NCBI GenBank assembly: GCA_965217865.1 | Contig: CBDCJO010000002.1 | Span: forward strand, 1,152,001-1,216,000 | Reading direction: 5' to 3' | DNA from: Candidatus Latescibacterota bacterium | GTDB taxonomy: Bacteria; Latescibacterota; UBA2968; SICM01 | Length of the DNA stretch: 64,000 nucleotides | Shown here: positions 10,190 to 20,179 of the stretch, piece by piece | How the letters are laid out: every line of letters starts with the position of its first letter | How positions within the stretch are numbered: the stretch's first letter is position 1 | Notes under the pieces: model-generated | What the model saw: the letters and a program-made list of their open reading frames with translations, nothing else | Databases searched by the model: none | What the model was told of the DNA's origin: nothing | Translations under genes and position numbers: made by a program

Positions 10190-11074
10190 TTACGCCTTCC
10201 AGCGATGGGGAAAGATCCCCTTGCTCCGTTCCAGAGCTTCGATCCACATCGTGCACCACGCCTCATAATCCCGAAATTCCGAGTCAGGATTCGCTTGGCT
10301 CCTCGCCACGAAGTCGGGATGGAAGGGACGGCCGGTTGGGGTTCCCGTCTTCTGATAACGCAGGTCGATACTCCAGCGGACACGATCCGTTAGGTTTGGC
10401 GTGGAGCGATGAGGGATCTCTTTGTGAATCAGGATCACGTCCCTTTTTTCTACGGGAAGCGGAAGGGGTTCGCCTTCCGGCATCTCATCCGGTACGATGG
10501 TCGTGCCCCCCTCCCGCTGATGGGTCAGAAGACCTCTCCCGTGAACCCGGGGAATGATCTCCAGGCAGCCGTTCTCGAGCGTTGCATCCACTAAGGGAAT
10601 CCAGACCGTCAGGATAAAGAACGGATCGGCTTCTTCCCAGGTGACCCCCGCATCCTGGTGCCAGGGGGCCACGTGGGGATCCCGGCCGTCGGGAGATAAT
10701 CCCCGGGGCAGCTTCACCCGGATATGCTGAATCGGGCTGCAGGTGATCTCCGGTCCGACGATCCCTTCAACCAAGTCCAGAAGGTTATCGTTCAACAGAA
10801 ACTCAAAAGCGGCCCTCCCCCGGAGCCTCATGATATCGAGTTCCCCCATAATCTCGTAATCATCCCCGCATATTCTGGCCACGCGACCGTCGAAGGGTTC
10901 ATCTTCGTACAGGTCGCCGATCTTACCCTCCTCATACAGTTGTCGAGCACGATCGTCGATGTAGGTCCTGTATTCATCGATGACGGGATTAAGATCCTCG
11001 TCCTCCAGTGCCTCCTCAACCACAAGGTATCCCTCTTCGTTGAACCCGTCGATCTGAGATTTCGACAGTTTCAT
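10190..11074 (-). CDS. Phytanoyl-CoA dioxygenase (PhyH) family Fe(II)/2-oxoglutarate dioxygenase
   Basis: EGYLVV, PWHQD, VWIPLVDATLENGCL, HRS and RWSIDLRY. Confidence 0.92.
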   Translation of the reverse strand: MKLSKSQIDGFNEEGYLVVEEALEDEDLNPVIDEYRTYIDDRARQLYEEGKIGDLYEDEPFDGRVARICGDDYEIMGELDIMRLRGRAAFEFLLNDNLLDLVEGIVGPEITCSPIQHIRVKLPRGLSPDGRDPHVAPWHQDAGVTWEEADPFFILTVWIPLVDATLENGCLEIIPRVHGRGLLTHQREGGTTIVPDEMPEGEPLPLPVEKRDVILIHKEIPHRSTPNLTDRVRWSIDLRYQKTGTPTGRPFHPDFVARSQANPDSEFRDYEAWCTMWIEALERSKGIFPHRWKA

Positions 11075-11172
11075 GGCGTTCCTCCGACAAATTTCCCCTT
11101 TAAATCCATCCTCCGACAGAAAGAGAATTTACTACACAACGCCAACCCCTGCAACCCCAAACTCCTCCCCCA

Positions 11173-11201
11173 TTGACGGGTGGCGCGTGGCGCCTTATAT
11201 T
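11173..11201 (+). promoter_or_regulatory. Sigma70-type promoter for the tandem PhyH gene
   Basis: TTGACG-N17-TATATT. Confidence 0.55.
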
Positions 11202-11301
11202 TGAGACTTGGAAGCACGCGGGTAGAAAGGGGATGAATCCTTCGGTACTGTCGGCTTCTCCAATCCTGCGCAAACTGGAAACGCCATAAGAGGGTGACAC
11301 G

Positions 11302-13029
11302 ATGAAAGCTGAAGAGGATTATTTCTTCGACGTAATGGGCTATTTGATCGTCCGGGATATCCTCACCCCGAAGGAGGTTGAGGCCTTGAACCAGGCCGTT
11401 GATCGGGGGGGACGATCCGACGGTATGCTGGGATGGCCCGCTCCCATTCGCGAACCGTTTCGGGACCTGCTGGTGCACCCCCGAATGGTGGGGTATCTCC
11501 ACCGGATCGTCGGCGAGGGATTCCGATTGGACAGAGGTCCGGAACTGCTCCCGGACGCTTCGGCAGACGAGGGGCTTGTGGGGGGAAATGAACCTCGAGA
11601 CCCGGCTCGGGCATACTATTTCCAGAATGGCAGGCGATTCTGTCAGGGGTTGCGTGCCATTTGGGCTTTGGCGGATGTAAACCCGGGTGATGGAGGCTTT
11701 GTTCTGCTACCTTACAGCCACAAAAGCAACGTGGAGACCCCGAAGGATATCCTGACGGGAAAGGACGTTATGGGGCTGACCGTTCAGCCGGCCTTGAAAG
11801 CCGGGGATCTGCTCCTGTGTGCTGAAACCCTGCTCTTCGGGCTTCGGCATCGGAACGGGAAGGGGCCCCAGCGCCTCCTTTCCTATCAGTATGCCGGGCG
11901 GGCCGCCATACAATCCATAGGGACCGGACCTGAGACGGAAAGGGATCCATATCCTGATTGGATGAGCGAGTTGACCCGGGAGCAGCAGAGGTCTCTCTAC
12001 GTACCGGGGTATGAGTCGACGACACCTCCTCCGACCCTGGTCACGGATGGAAAACGTTGCAGGATGGGTGAAAAAACCGATATTTTCCATCCTTCAATCT
12101 ACATCAAAGATCCCAATGCTTCCATCGATGAGAAAGAGTTCTATTTTTGGGACCTGTGCGGGGTTCTGATCCTCCGGGACGTGATGGATGCTGCGTGGCT
12201 CGAAGCCGCGAATGAGGTGATCGACCGATTTGAGGACCGGATCGTGGTGGGAGAGGAGTTGTCGGGGGGGTCTAAATCCCTGTCAGGGACCGGACGGCCC
12301 GTGCTCAACGGCCTGCTCCAGCTTCCAAAACCGCATTGCGAGCCGTTCCTGAAGATGGTCGCGCATCCCGTTATAGAGCACCGTCTGAACTGGATGGGGG
12401 CGAGTGGAGGCAGGATGGGGGGGGCCTCCGCTTTTTGTTCGGTCCAGGGCACCTCGGGACACGCCATGCACGGAAACAACGAACCGATGATTCCCTCTCG
12501 GGGCTACGAATTCCAGAACGGCCGGAGCTACTGTCAGGCGGTTACCGTGACATGGCAATTACGCGATGTAAACCCCGGCGACGGCGGGTTTGCCTGCGTG
12601 CCGGGAAGTCACAAGGCGAATTACCCGATGCCGCAGGGTGTGGAAACATGCAAGGACCACATGGGACTGGTGATGCACCAGGTGATGAAGGCCGGCGATG
12701 TGCTTTTCTTTATGGACGGCGCGACCACCCACGGGACACTCCCCTGGAGTAGTCCGATATCTCGCCGTGGGATCCTGATCAAGTATTCCTCGCGTAGTTT
12801 TCACCGTGCCGGGGGCGAGATGGTCCAGCCAGAGAATCGCTGGGGGGATCTGGTAGACGGGATGAACGAAGTCCAGCTTGCCGTGATGCGGGGTCCGGAT
12901 CGGGATGTGCACCAGGTCAACGTGCCCCGTCTCCGGGTTGAGAATGGGAAGGTTGGAGTCTCCTACGAGCGGGGAAACGCGCTTTACAGCACGGAGACCC
13001 TCAAAGATTCGGCCGCAAGGAAAAAATAG
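11302..13029 (+). CDS. Tandem two-domain PhyH-family dioxygenase
   Basis: Two homologous halves: YFFDVMGYLIVRD / YFWDLCGVLILRD, DVNPGDGGF twice, YSHKSN / GSHKAN, and KAGD twice. Confidence 0.88.
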   Translation: MKAEEDYFFDVMGYLIVRDILTPKEVEALNQAVDRGGRSDGMLGWPAPIREPFRDLLVHPRMVGYLHRIVGEGFRLDRGPELLPDASADEGLVGGNEPRDPARAYYFQNGRRFCQGLRAIWALADVNPGDGGFVLLPYSHKSNVETPKDILTGKDVMGLTVQPALKAGDLLLCAETLLFGLRHRNGKGPQRLLSYQYAGRAAIQSIGTGPETERDPYPDWMSELTREQQRSLYVPGYESTTPPPTLVTDGKRCRMGEKTDIFHPSIYIKDPNASIDEKEFYFWDLCGVLILRDVMDAAWLEAANEVIDRFEDRIVVGEELSGGSKSLSGTGRPVLNGLLQLPKPHCEPFLKMVAHPVIEHRLNWMGASGGRMGGASAFCSVQGTSGHAMHGNNEPMIPSRGYEFQNGRSYCQAVTVTWQLRDVNPGDGGFACVPGSHKANYPMPQGVETCKDHMGLVMHQVMKAGDVLFFMDGATTHGTLPWSSPISRRGILIKYSSRSFHRAGGEMVQPENRWGDLVDGMNEVQLAVMRGPDRDVHQVNVPRLRVENGKVGVSYERGNALYSTETLKDSAARKK

Positions 13030-13050
13030 CTTTCGGATCTTCCGACGTGA

Positions 13051-13220
13051 TTTCTCACTTGCACTTTGCACTTTCCAATTTCCCGACCTCTGACCTCCGA
13101 CCCCTGCCTTTGCTTTTCCTGCCACTGCCACTGCTACTGCTTTCCTCGTCTCACGTCTCACGTCTCACGTCTGACGGTTTTTCAATCTTCAATCTTAAAT
13201 CTTCAATTTCCTCTGACCCC
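13051..13220. repeat. Composite short tandem repeat cassette, copy B (longest)
   Basis: CTTTGCA units, CCGACCT/CTGACCT units, CCACTG/CTACTG x3, (TCTCACG)3, TCTTCAA-type x3-4, then CTGACCC. Confidence 0.9.
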
Positions 13221-13969
13221 TATCTCTTCACCCCCGCCAGCCCTTCCTGAACCGCATCGATCAACAACCGTATATCACTGCTGAAATCCATAAATCGAAA
13301 TCCCTGGTCGACCCGGCGGTTCAACACCTCCGAAGTGGCACAGGGAAGCCCCACCGGAACCCCCTTATCCTTTCCAACCTTCAGCACCTTCTGCACGGCA
13401 TCCTCGTGGTCCGGATCCCCGACCTTGTTCCCCATCGACAAAGACAGATCCCCTGTGCCGATAAAACAGGCATCCACCCCGTTCACACCGAGGATCTCTT
13501 CCACGTGCCTCACCCCTTCGACATCCTCCACCATCACCACAGCGCACACCTCCCGGTTGAACCGCTCTGCGTAGTCGGATTCATATGCCCCCGAAAGGGC
13601 CCCCTTGGACCGGTCACCGTCAGGCGGGAACCGCATCGCCGAGACCGCCAGCTCGGCCTCCTCCGGAGAGGTGACCATCGGGACGACGATCCCCATCGCC
13701 CCCGCCTCCAGGGCCTGCTTGATCGGCAAGGGATGGTTGTAGGCCACACGCGCCATAGGAACCGCTTCGCTGGCCCCGATGCTGGCCATGCATTGGAACA
13801 TCGTCTCCTGGCCGATCGGGCTGTGTTCCCCGTCCACCACCAGAAAGTCGAACCCCAGGTGACCCAGATTGTCTGCGACCACGACGGATGCCAGGTTAAG
13901 CCATGTCCCGATAACGGGTTTCCCCTCCGAGAGCATCTGCTTGACACGATTCGGCTTCAATTGACGCAT
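13220..13969 (-). CDS. HpcH/HpaI aldolase family protein
   Basis: FDFLVVDGEH, GAMGIVVPMV, RFPPDGDRS, MVED and FIGTGDLSLSMG. Confidence 0.92.
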   Translation of the reverse strand: MRQLKPNRVKQMLSEGKPVIGTWLNLASVVVADNLGHLGFDFLVVDGEHSPIGQETMFQCMASIGASEAVPMARVAYNHPLPIKQALEAGAMGIVVPMVTSPEEAELAVSAMRFPPDGDRSKGALSGAYESDYAERFNREVCAVVMVEDVEGVRHVEEILGVNGVDACFIGTGDLSLSMGNKVGDPDHEDAVQKVLKVGKDKGVPVGLPCATSEVLNRRVDQGFRFMDFSSDIRLLIDAVQEGLAGVKR

Positions 13970-14082
13970 GGTCCCTCCCTATCTATACAGTTCTGAGTTC
14001 ACGTGGAAGTCGGGGCGATCCCCTTCCATCCCTCGACACCCCTATACACTCGTCCTTCGCCTCTGACTTTCCGTTTGCCGTT

Positions 14083-15522
14083 TCACGGCCTTTCTTTTCC
14101 TGTCTGCCGTTTCACGGCTTTTTTTATCCCCTCTGCCAAGGAATTGACCTCATCATTCCGAACGGTCCTGACATCTAGATAAATCCGCTCTTCCCGGACA
14201 TAGCCCACAATCGGCGGATCGTGTTGCCGAAGACACCTGGCAATCTCCTCGGCCGAACTCGTCGTGGGCTTGACGGCCACCGCAAGGCTTGGAATCTCCT
14301 CCAACGGAAGAGCCCCGCTGCCTGTGAAGGCGACCGTCTCCTCCTTCCTGATTTCAGCGAACGCCTCAATCCCTTTCAACATCCGGACCAGACGGTTGGC
14401 ACGACGCTTGATCTGTCCAATCGGCTCTGTCAGCATCCTCAACGTCGGATGTTCCGCGAGGAGTGTCCCCGGACTGAGAAACTGCCGCAGTGTCGCCTCC
14501 ATGGCGGCATAGGTCAGCTTATCGCTCCGGAGGGCACGCATCAGTGGATTCCGCCGCATCGCATCCACCGCTTTTTTTTGACCCACGATCACACCGGCCT
14601 GAGGCCCACCCATCACCTTGTCTCCGCTGAAGGTGACGACATCCGCCCCGGCCGACACGCTGTCGCTCACCAGGGGTTCGTACGGAAGACCATACGGCCT
14701 CAGGTCGATCAGGGCCCCTCCCCCAAGGTCGTGTGCCACCGGGATGCTAAACTCCCTCCCGAGGGCAACCAGTTCGGGCAAACCCACTTCCGAGATGAAT
14801 CCCTGTACGCGGTAATTGCTGGGATGAACAGACAACAGGAGCCCCGTCCGGTCTGTAATCGCCGTCCGGAAATCCTTCAGATGCGTCCGGTTGGTCGTGC
14901 CGACCTCCACCATGCACGCACCGCTGCGCGCCATCACGTCCGGGATCCGGAAAGAACCCCCGATCTCGATCAGCTGCCCGCGCGAGACCACGACCTCCCG
15001 GTCCGCGGCAAGCGTGTTGAGGGCGAGAAGCACTGCAGCCGCGTTGTTGTTCACAACAGCGGCAGCCTCGGCCCCCGACAGGTCACACAGCAGCCTTTCC
15101 ACGTGTGAAACCCGATCTCCCCGCTCCCCGTAATCCAGGTCTATCTCCAGGTTGCTATAACCCTCGGAGACATTAGCCACCTGTTCGATAGCGGCCTTCG
15201 ATAAGGGAGCCCGTCCCAGACCCGTGTGAAGGATGATTCCCGTAGCATTGATCACACGCCGAAGTGAAGGGCGCATCCGCGTATCGATCCACGAGTGAAC
15301 ATGCCCGATGACTTCGGCCGTAGCCAACTCCCGACTCGGTGGAGATGGACCCCCGTTCTGAATGGATTGCCGAAGATTTTCAACGGCCTCTCGAACCGCG
15401 TCCTTCACCCAATCCTGAGAGAAGCGTTCCGATATCGCAAGGATCTCCGGCTGAGAAAGGAGGCTGTCCACCGACGGCAGGACCGAAAGTCCCGATTTGC
15501 TGTCCGACCTATCTCGTTTCAC
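14083..15522 (-). CDS. selA: L-seryl-tRNA(Sec) selenium transferase
   Basis: VINATGIILHTGLGRAPL, VNNNAAA, SRGQLIEIGGSFR, EVGTTNRT, HPSNY and FSGDK (PLP lysine) GGPQAG. Confidence 0.97.
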   Translation of the reverse strand: MKRDRSDSKSGLSVLPSVDSLLSQPEILAISERFSQDWVKDAVREAVENLRQSIQNGGPSPPSRELATAEVIGHVHSWIDTRMRPSLRRVINATGIILHTGLGRAPLSKAAIEQVANVSEGYSNLEIDLDYGERGDRVSHVERLLCDLSGAEAAAVVNNNAAAVLLALNTLAADREVVVSRGQLIEIGGSFRIPDVMARSGACMVEVGTTNRTHLKDFRTAITDRTGLLLSVHPSNYRVQGFISEVGLPELVALGREFSIPVAHDLGGGALIDLRPYGLPYEPLVSDSVSAGADVVTFSGDKVMGGPQAGVIVGQKKAVDAMRRNPLMRALRSDKLTYAAMEATLRQFLSPGTLLAEHPTLRMLTEPIGQIKRRANRLVRMLKGIEAFAEIRKEETVAFTGSGALPLEEIPSLAVAVKPTTSSAEEIARCLRQHDPPIVGYVREERIYLDVRTVRNDEVNSLAEGIKKAVKRQTGKERP

Positions 15523-15697
15523 GACGATTCAGCCACTCCACTATCCCAAACGCCCCGACGGAAGAGATCAGAAGGAGGATTGTCTTCCTGCCTATCAGGG
15601 GGTCCGGGGTGCCCAGAAGTTCGGATTGTCCCAGGAAGTAGAAAAGTGCCGTCGTCACGATGATGATCGCAACGATAATAAAATGATAAAGTTTCAT
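15509..15697 (-). CDS. Small two-transmembrane hypothetical protein (62 aa)
   Basis: MKLYHFIIVAIII... after a GGAAGG ribosome binding site. Two hydrophobic segments; overlaps the selA start. Confidence 0.6.
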   Translation of the reverse strand: MKLYHFIIVAIIIVTTALFYFLGQSELLGTPDPLIGRKTILLLISSVGAFGIVEWLNRRETR

Positions 15698-15783
15698 AAT
15701 CCTTCCCCGAAGAGACACGCTCAAGGGTTTGTATAGTGCGAAAGCTGATTGCATTTGACGCGATCTACGTCTTTTGAGACAAC

Positions 15784-16052
15784 TCAAATCAAAATGTCAA
15801 TGAGCCCTTTCGGCTCACTTCGTTCGCTCAGGCAGGCTCCCTAAGAATCTTGGTGTGTTTGAAAACGAAATTGCAGAGAGATTGATCGATTTCTCTTTGT
15901 CTAATAGATAATTCAAATCAAAAATGTCATTCTGAGCCGAAGGCGAAGAATCTCTGTTTTCGCCGAACCCCTTCACTGCGTTCAGGATAAACTCCGGCGA
16001 AGTTACATCCTGAGCGGAGCAGCGCGACAGCGCTGCGTAGTCGAAGGATCCT
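15784..16052. repeat. Cluster of REP-like palindromic repeats
   Basis: TCAAATCAAAA(A)TGTCA occurs twice. Also GTCATTCTGAGCCGAAGGCGAAGAATCT, CCCTTCACTGCGTTCAGG and CATCCTGAGCG...GTAGTCGAAGGA. Relatives at 45182 and 45317. Confidence 0.75.
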
Positions 16053-16073
16053 CTCTTTTTATCCTTTTCTTTT

Positions 16074-16887
16074 TTATAAATGCATCCAAACTATTATGAA
16101 TCCGACGATAATCCGGTATCCTCCGAACACGTTCAGGGTGTGGGCCTTGAGAAACCGAAGAAAACCGGCAATGACCCCCAGCGCCACCGCGAACGAGACG
16201 ACAAATCCGACCCCCATCACGGCCAAGTCCCAATCGGACAGGCTGTGCCACGACTTCATCAGGTCGTAGCATACCGCAGCCGTCATCGTGGGAATCGACA
16301 GGAGGAAGGAGTAGGCCGCCGCGGTACGATGATCCAGGCCCAGGCAGAGGCCACTCAGAATAGTCGCTCCGGACCGAGAGCCCTGGCCACATGGCAAGGC
16401 ATTGTCCTGCACCGATAAGAAGCGCCTGTTTCAGCGTCACCTGGCTCGGATCGAAAACCCGTTCCGCCGGCCGCCATCGCTCCACGACGAAAATAGCGAC
16501 GCCGCCCACCAACAGGCCCGCTGCCACCGTCAGGGGTTGAAAAAGCGTCCCTTTTATCAGGCCGTGCAGGGTCCCCCCGACGATAAGGGCGGGAAGAACG
16601 GCCAGACAAAGACCCAAAAGCGTTCGTCGGTCCTTCTCAACGTCCCGTGACCCTGCACTTGCACGCCCCAGGGCATTGGACACGGTGGCTGAGAGCCAGG
16701 CGCGGTAGTAGACGACAACGGCAAGGATGGCCCCCCCCTGGATAAAAACGTCGAACGTGTGAGCGACATCTCCCTGAAAACCCAGCAGGTGGCCTGCGAC
16801 GATCAGATGGCCTGTTGAAGATATGGGAAGAAACTCGGTAAGGCCTTCTACCAGGCCGAGGATTACCGCGGTCAGGATACAGGACAT
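16074..16887 (-). pseudogene. uppP: Undecaprenyl-diphosphate phosphatase (BacA/UppP), frameshifted
   Basis: GLVEGLTEFLPISSTGHL. The PGLSRSGATI motif is split between frames near 16375-16382, consistent with loss of 2 nt. The downstream frame gives AAAYSFLLSIP...FGGYRI. Confidence 0.88.
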
Positions 16888-16943
16888 GGGTTCCCATCAG
16901 GATCGCCTTGGCCGGAAGAATGGTTGCGCAAAAGATCCACGGG

Positions 16944-19370
16944 TCAGTCCGCCACCTCCGCGAGGGGCTTTGAAGGCCGACTTCGCATTCCGAAGTTCTC
17001 AACGATCTGAAGCGCGGCCGGAAACAGGACCAGGGCGGTGACCAGTGTGGCACCCAAACCCAGGAGGGCGACCCCACCCAGCGATTTTAGACCGGGATGC
17101 CGGGCGAGAATCAGGTCTCCGAAACCGATCATGGTAGTGAACGATCCGATCGCCACCGCTTGACCCGTTGTCCGGACGACTTTGGCCAGATGCCCTGGGC
17201 CCTCCTCCAGGTACCGGTGGTAGAGATGTACCCCGCTGTCCAGACTCAGGCCGATGATACTCGGAAAAACCACCATGTTGAAGAGATTCATTTTTATCCC
17301 CAGAAGGGCCATTCCGCCTGACATCCAGAGGATGCCCACCAGGAGAGGTAAGAGGACCAGCAGTCCGGCACGAACCGATCGGAAGTCCAGAAGGACAATA
17401 ACGAAAACGACCAGGAGTGCGGCCAGAACAGCGATCTTGCTGTCTCGCATCATGACCAGCAGCACGTCTGCGAAGACAATCTGCCCGCTCGACCCGTGAT
17501 AGACCTTCCCGGAAGTCACTCCGATGTTTCGCACATCATCAGCGAAATTGATCGCGTTCCTTCCCTCGGACAAAGACACCTTGGGATATATAAACACAAA
17601 GTTTCCCACCTGTCCGTCCACCCCCGTGAAACTTCGGCGGATGTGGTAGGGGAGGTCCTCTATCTGAATCGGTTTCGCATCGAGAAGCTCTCGAAGGTCT
17701 TCCGCCTGCTCCTTCTGCTTTTCGTTGAGGAACTTCATGTTCTCTTCCCTGAGCAGGTGCTTGATATCCTGGAGGAGCAGATATTTCTCGTCCTGATCGG
17801 ACGGCAGGGCATAGTAGATGGTCCTCACGGTATCGATCGTGGCGGTCAGGGTGTCCGCTTCCATCCGTTGCCGCACCACCTGGACAACCTCATCCAGATC
17901 CTCCCGGGACTCGGCCAGGACGATCGCAGGCGACTGTGAGAGCGGAAAGATACTCGCCGTCCTCTGTTTGGCCCTCTCCGTCTCCGGCACATACGCCCGG
18001 AGTTGTTTAAAATCATATTCGAACTCCAGCCGGGGGAGAATGATCAGAGAACCCACCGTAACGGCCAGGCCGACGCTCACGCCCGTCCAGGCAAAAGGCA
18101 TCGGGCCGTCCCTCCCCTTCCCACTTCGATTCCGGTCTTTGCGCACGCCTCGGAGCAGACCCCATTTCTCTGAAACCACCAGAAAAGTGGGAAATACGGT
18201 CAGCATTGAAATCATACAGAGGAGATAACCCATCCCCATGATGAAACCAAACTCCGAAAACCCTTTGAAATCGGTAATCAACAGCGAGAAGAAGGCCGCT
18301 GAGGTTGTGGCCCCCGCGGTCAGCATCGCTTTCCCCGTACGGGATATGATAAGCTTCAGCGTTTCCTCCACGCCGGTTCCGGAACGTCGGCTCTCGTGGT
18401 ACCGATACAGGAGATGGACCCCGAACTCGATGCTCAGCCCGAACAGAACCACGAACAGGAAGGCGGTGATTACGTTGAGATTGCCGATGACACCGTATGT
18501 GATCCCAAAAGCCCAGATGAGCCCCATCAGGAGCGGGCCTCCCAAAAAAAACACCGTCATGGGCTCTCGAAAATAGATCGTCACAAGCAGGATCACTCCG
18601 ATGAGCCCATAGAGGAGGGTCCCGAGCACATCTTCGATTAGCGCATCATATTCATTAATACGGTTTTGGAACTGTCCCGCGTACTCCACAACCATCTCCC
18701 CATCGTAGAGCCCCGGGTCCACTCGTTCGATCAAACGCTGGACTTCCGCTCGGACTTTCCTCGCGAACCCCATGTTACTGGAGCTCCCGTTGGGATAAAT
18801 GTCCAGGGCAATCGTGCGTCCGTCTTCGCTCACAAAATATTCATCACCTTCAGTCTTGTCTTTATACTTCTCCTCGATGTCGGAAAAATCCAGGTCCTCA
18901 TCCTCCGCCTCATCATCATCGAATGAGATGTAGAAAGGTGAAAGCTTGATCTTCTCCTGTGAGATTCGCCTTTCAATCCGATCCCGAATCGTCTCCAGAT
19001 CTTCGAGGCCCAAGTATAGCAGGCTGTGCTTCCGGAAAAACTCCCGATCCACGCGATAATCCACGAAATAAACAAGAGGGTTTCGGATCAGCTCATCCGC
19101 CAGTGCGTCCACGAATGCCCTTGCCCTTTTGGGTTTATCGGAGGTGATGACGACACGAAGGTTCCCGACACCGCCGAGTTTTTCCTTGATTTCCTCAAGC
19201 GCCCTGACACTGGGATAGTCCTCCGGAAGAAGCGCCCCGAGGTTACTGTCGATCCTGAGCTTGGATACGAAATAACCCGCGAGCATCGTCACGAGCACGG
19301 CAACGAGGATCACGCCTAGGTGATGCCGGTAAAGGAAGACCGCGTGTCGTTCTGCGTATTTATGCCACAT
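16944..19370 (-). CDS. MMPL-family RND transporter (HpnN-like)
   Basis: One TM plus large loop plus five TMs, repeated twice. GLSIEFGVHL and GLSLDSGVHLYHRY; TTMIGFGDL. Confidence 0.88.
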   Translation of the reverse strand: MWHKYAERHAVFLYRHHLGVILVAVLVTMLAGYFVSKLRIDSNLGALLPEDYPSVRALEEIKEKLGGVGNLRVVITSDKPKRARAFVDALADELIRNPLVYFVDYRVDREFFRKHSLLYLGLEDLETIRDRIERRISQEKIKLSPFYISFDDDEAEDEDLDFSDIEEKYKDKTEGDEYFVSEDGRTIALDIYPNGSSSNMGFARKVRAEVQRLIERVDPGLYDGEMVVEYAGQFQNRINEYDALIEDVLGTLLYGLIGVILLVTIYFREPMTVFFLGGPLLMGLIWAFGITYGVIGNLNVITAFLFVVLFGLSIEFGVHLLYRYHESRRSGTGVEETLKLIISRTGKAMLTAGATTSAAFFSLLITDFKGFSEFGFIMGMGYLLCMISMLTVFPTFLVVSEKWGLLRGVRKDRNRSGKGRDGPMPFAWTGVSVGLAVTVGSLIILPRLEFEYDFKQLRAYVPETERAKQRTASIFPLSQSPAIVLAESREDLDEVVQVVRQRMEADTLTATIDTVRTIYYALPSDQDEKYLLLQDIKHLLREENMKFLNEKQKEQAEDLRELLDAKPIQIEDLPYHIRRSFTGVDGQVGNFVFIYPKVSLSEGRNAINFADDVRNIGVTSGKVYHGSSGQIVFADVLLVMMRDSKIAVLAALLVVFVIVLLDFRSVRAGLLVLLPLLVGILWMSGGMALLGIKMNLFNMVVFPSIIGLSLDSGVHLYHRYLEEGPGHLAKVVRTTGQAVAIGSFTTMIGFGDLILARHPGLKSLGGVALLGLGATLVTALVLFPAALQIVENFGMRSRPSKPLAEVAD

Positions 19371-19398
19371 CGGAAATCACCCTTTGCCCCGTTTTATC

Positions 19399-20103
19399 CT
19401 ATGCCTCATTCGCATTTTCCTGCTTCCATTGTGAATCTTTTGAATCCTCACCCAGTCCCAGTTCCTCCAGATGGCGACTCACCCGCCACATGATAGCCCA
19501 ACAGACCAACAAAATGACGCCCCCCACGATGATTGTATTGGTCCAGTCGAAGGCATGACCCAGCAAGGCCTCCAGGTAGAAACGGGGGACACGGCCGATG
19601 AAGACCGCCAGCATATACCGCCACAGGGGGTAGCCGCTGGTCGGGCTTAAAACCCGGAAAGGGTAGAAGACAATAAAAGGGGTGAAAGAGGCGACAACCA
19701 GAGAGATGAAAGGGGCCTTCAGGAAATAGTGAACGCATCCCTGATAGATTCGGTGTTCCCTTGCGGATCCGACCCGTGTGCGATTGAAGAAGAAATTGAC
19801 CGCCTCATAATCCAGAAAACAGGCTATGAACATAGCCGCCCCGGAGGTCAATGCCACGGCCATGGGATCGGCCAGTTTTCCCGCAATCACAACCGCAGGC
19901 TCGTGAGGGAAAGGGATGATGGAGTGAGAAGGGATGGTGTAGATAAACAGAAAGATCAGGGGACGGGAAGCCGGAAAAAGGATGGCCATCGGTGCCCCAA
20001 CTGCACAGCAGAGGCCCATCACGGCCAGGAAAGTCTTCCATTTTTTATTCAGGCTCAGGGACATGAAAGGGTTCCTCGTGAGCGTCCGCAGAAGGGATGC
20101 CAT
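19399..20103 (-). CDS. VTT/DedA-like membrane protein
   Basis: Re-entrant-helix-like segments IPFPHEP and FTPFIVFY, and YMLAVFIGRVPRFY. Confidence 0.65.
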   Translation of the reverse strand: MASLLRTLTRNPFMSLSLNKKWKTFLAVMGLCCAVGAPMAILFPASRPLIFLFIYTIPSHSIIPFPHEPAVVIAGKLADPMAVALTSGAAMFIACFLDYEAVNFFFNRTRVGSAREHRIYQGCVHYFLKAPFISLVVASFTPFIVFYPFRVLSPTSGYPLWRYMLAVFIGRVPRFYLEALLGHAFDWTNTIIVGGVILLVCWAIMWRVSRHLEELGLGEDSKDSQWKQENANEA

Positions 20104-20179
20104 CGATCGCGGCCGGGGGGGTCAGTGCTAAGCCGATCCTCCCTTGCGGATCGCTCCCAGTCCCAGGGCCTTTCCTTTA

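Noticed and set aside
13051-13220. Possible CRISPR array
   Set aside because: Units are 6-7 nt with no unique spacers, and there are no cas genes.
15700-16070. tRNA-Sec (selC) near selA
   Set aside because: No cloverleaf or UCA anticodon arm was found; the hairpins belong to REP-like repeats.
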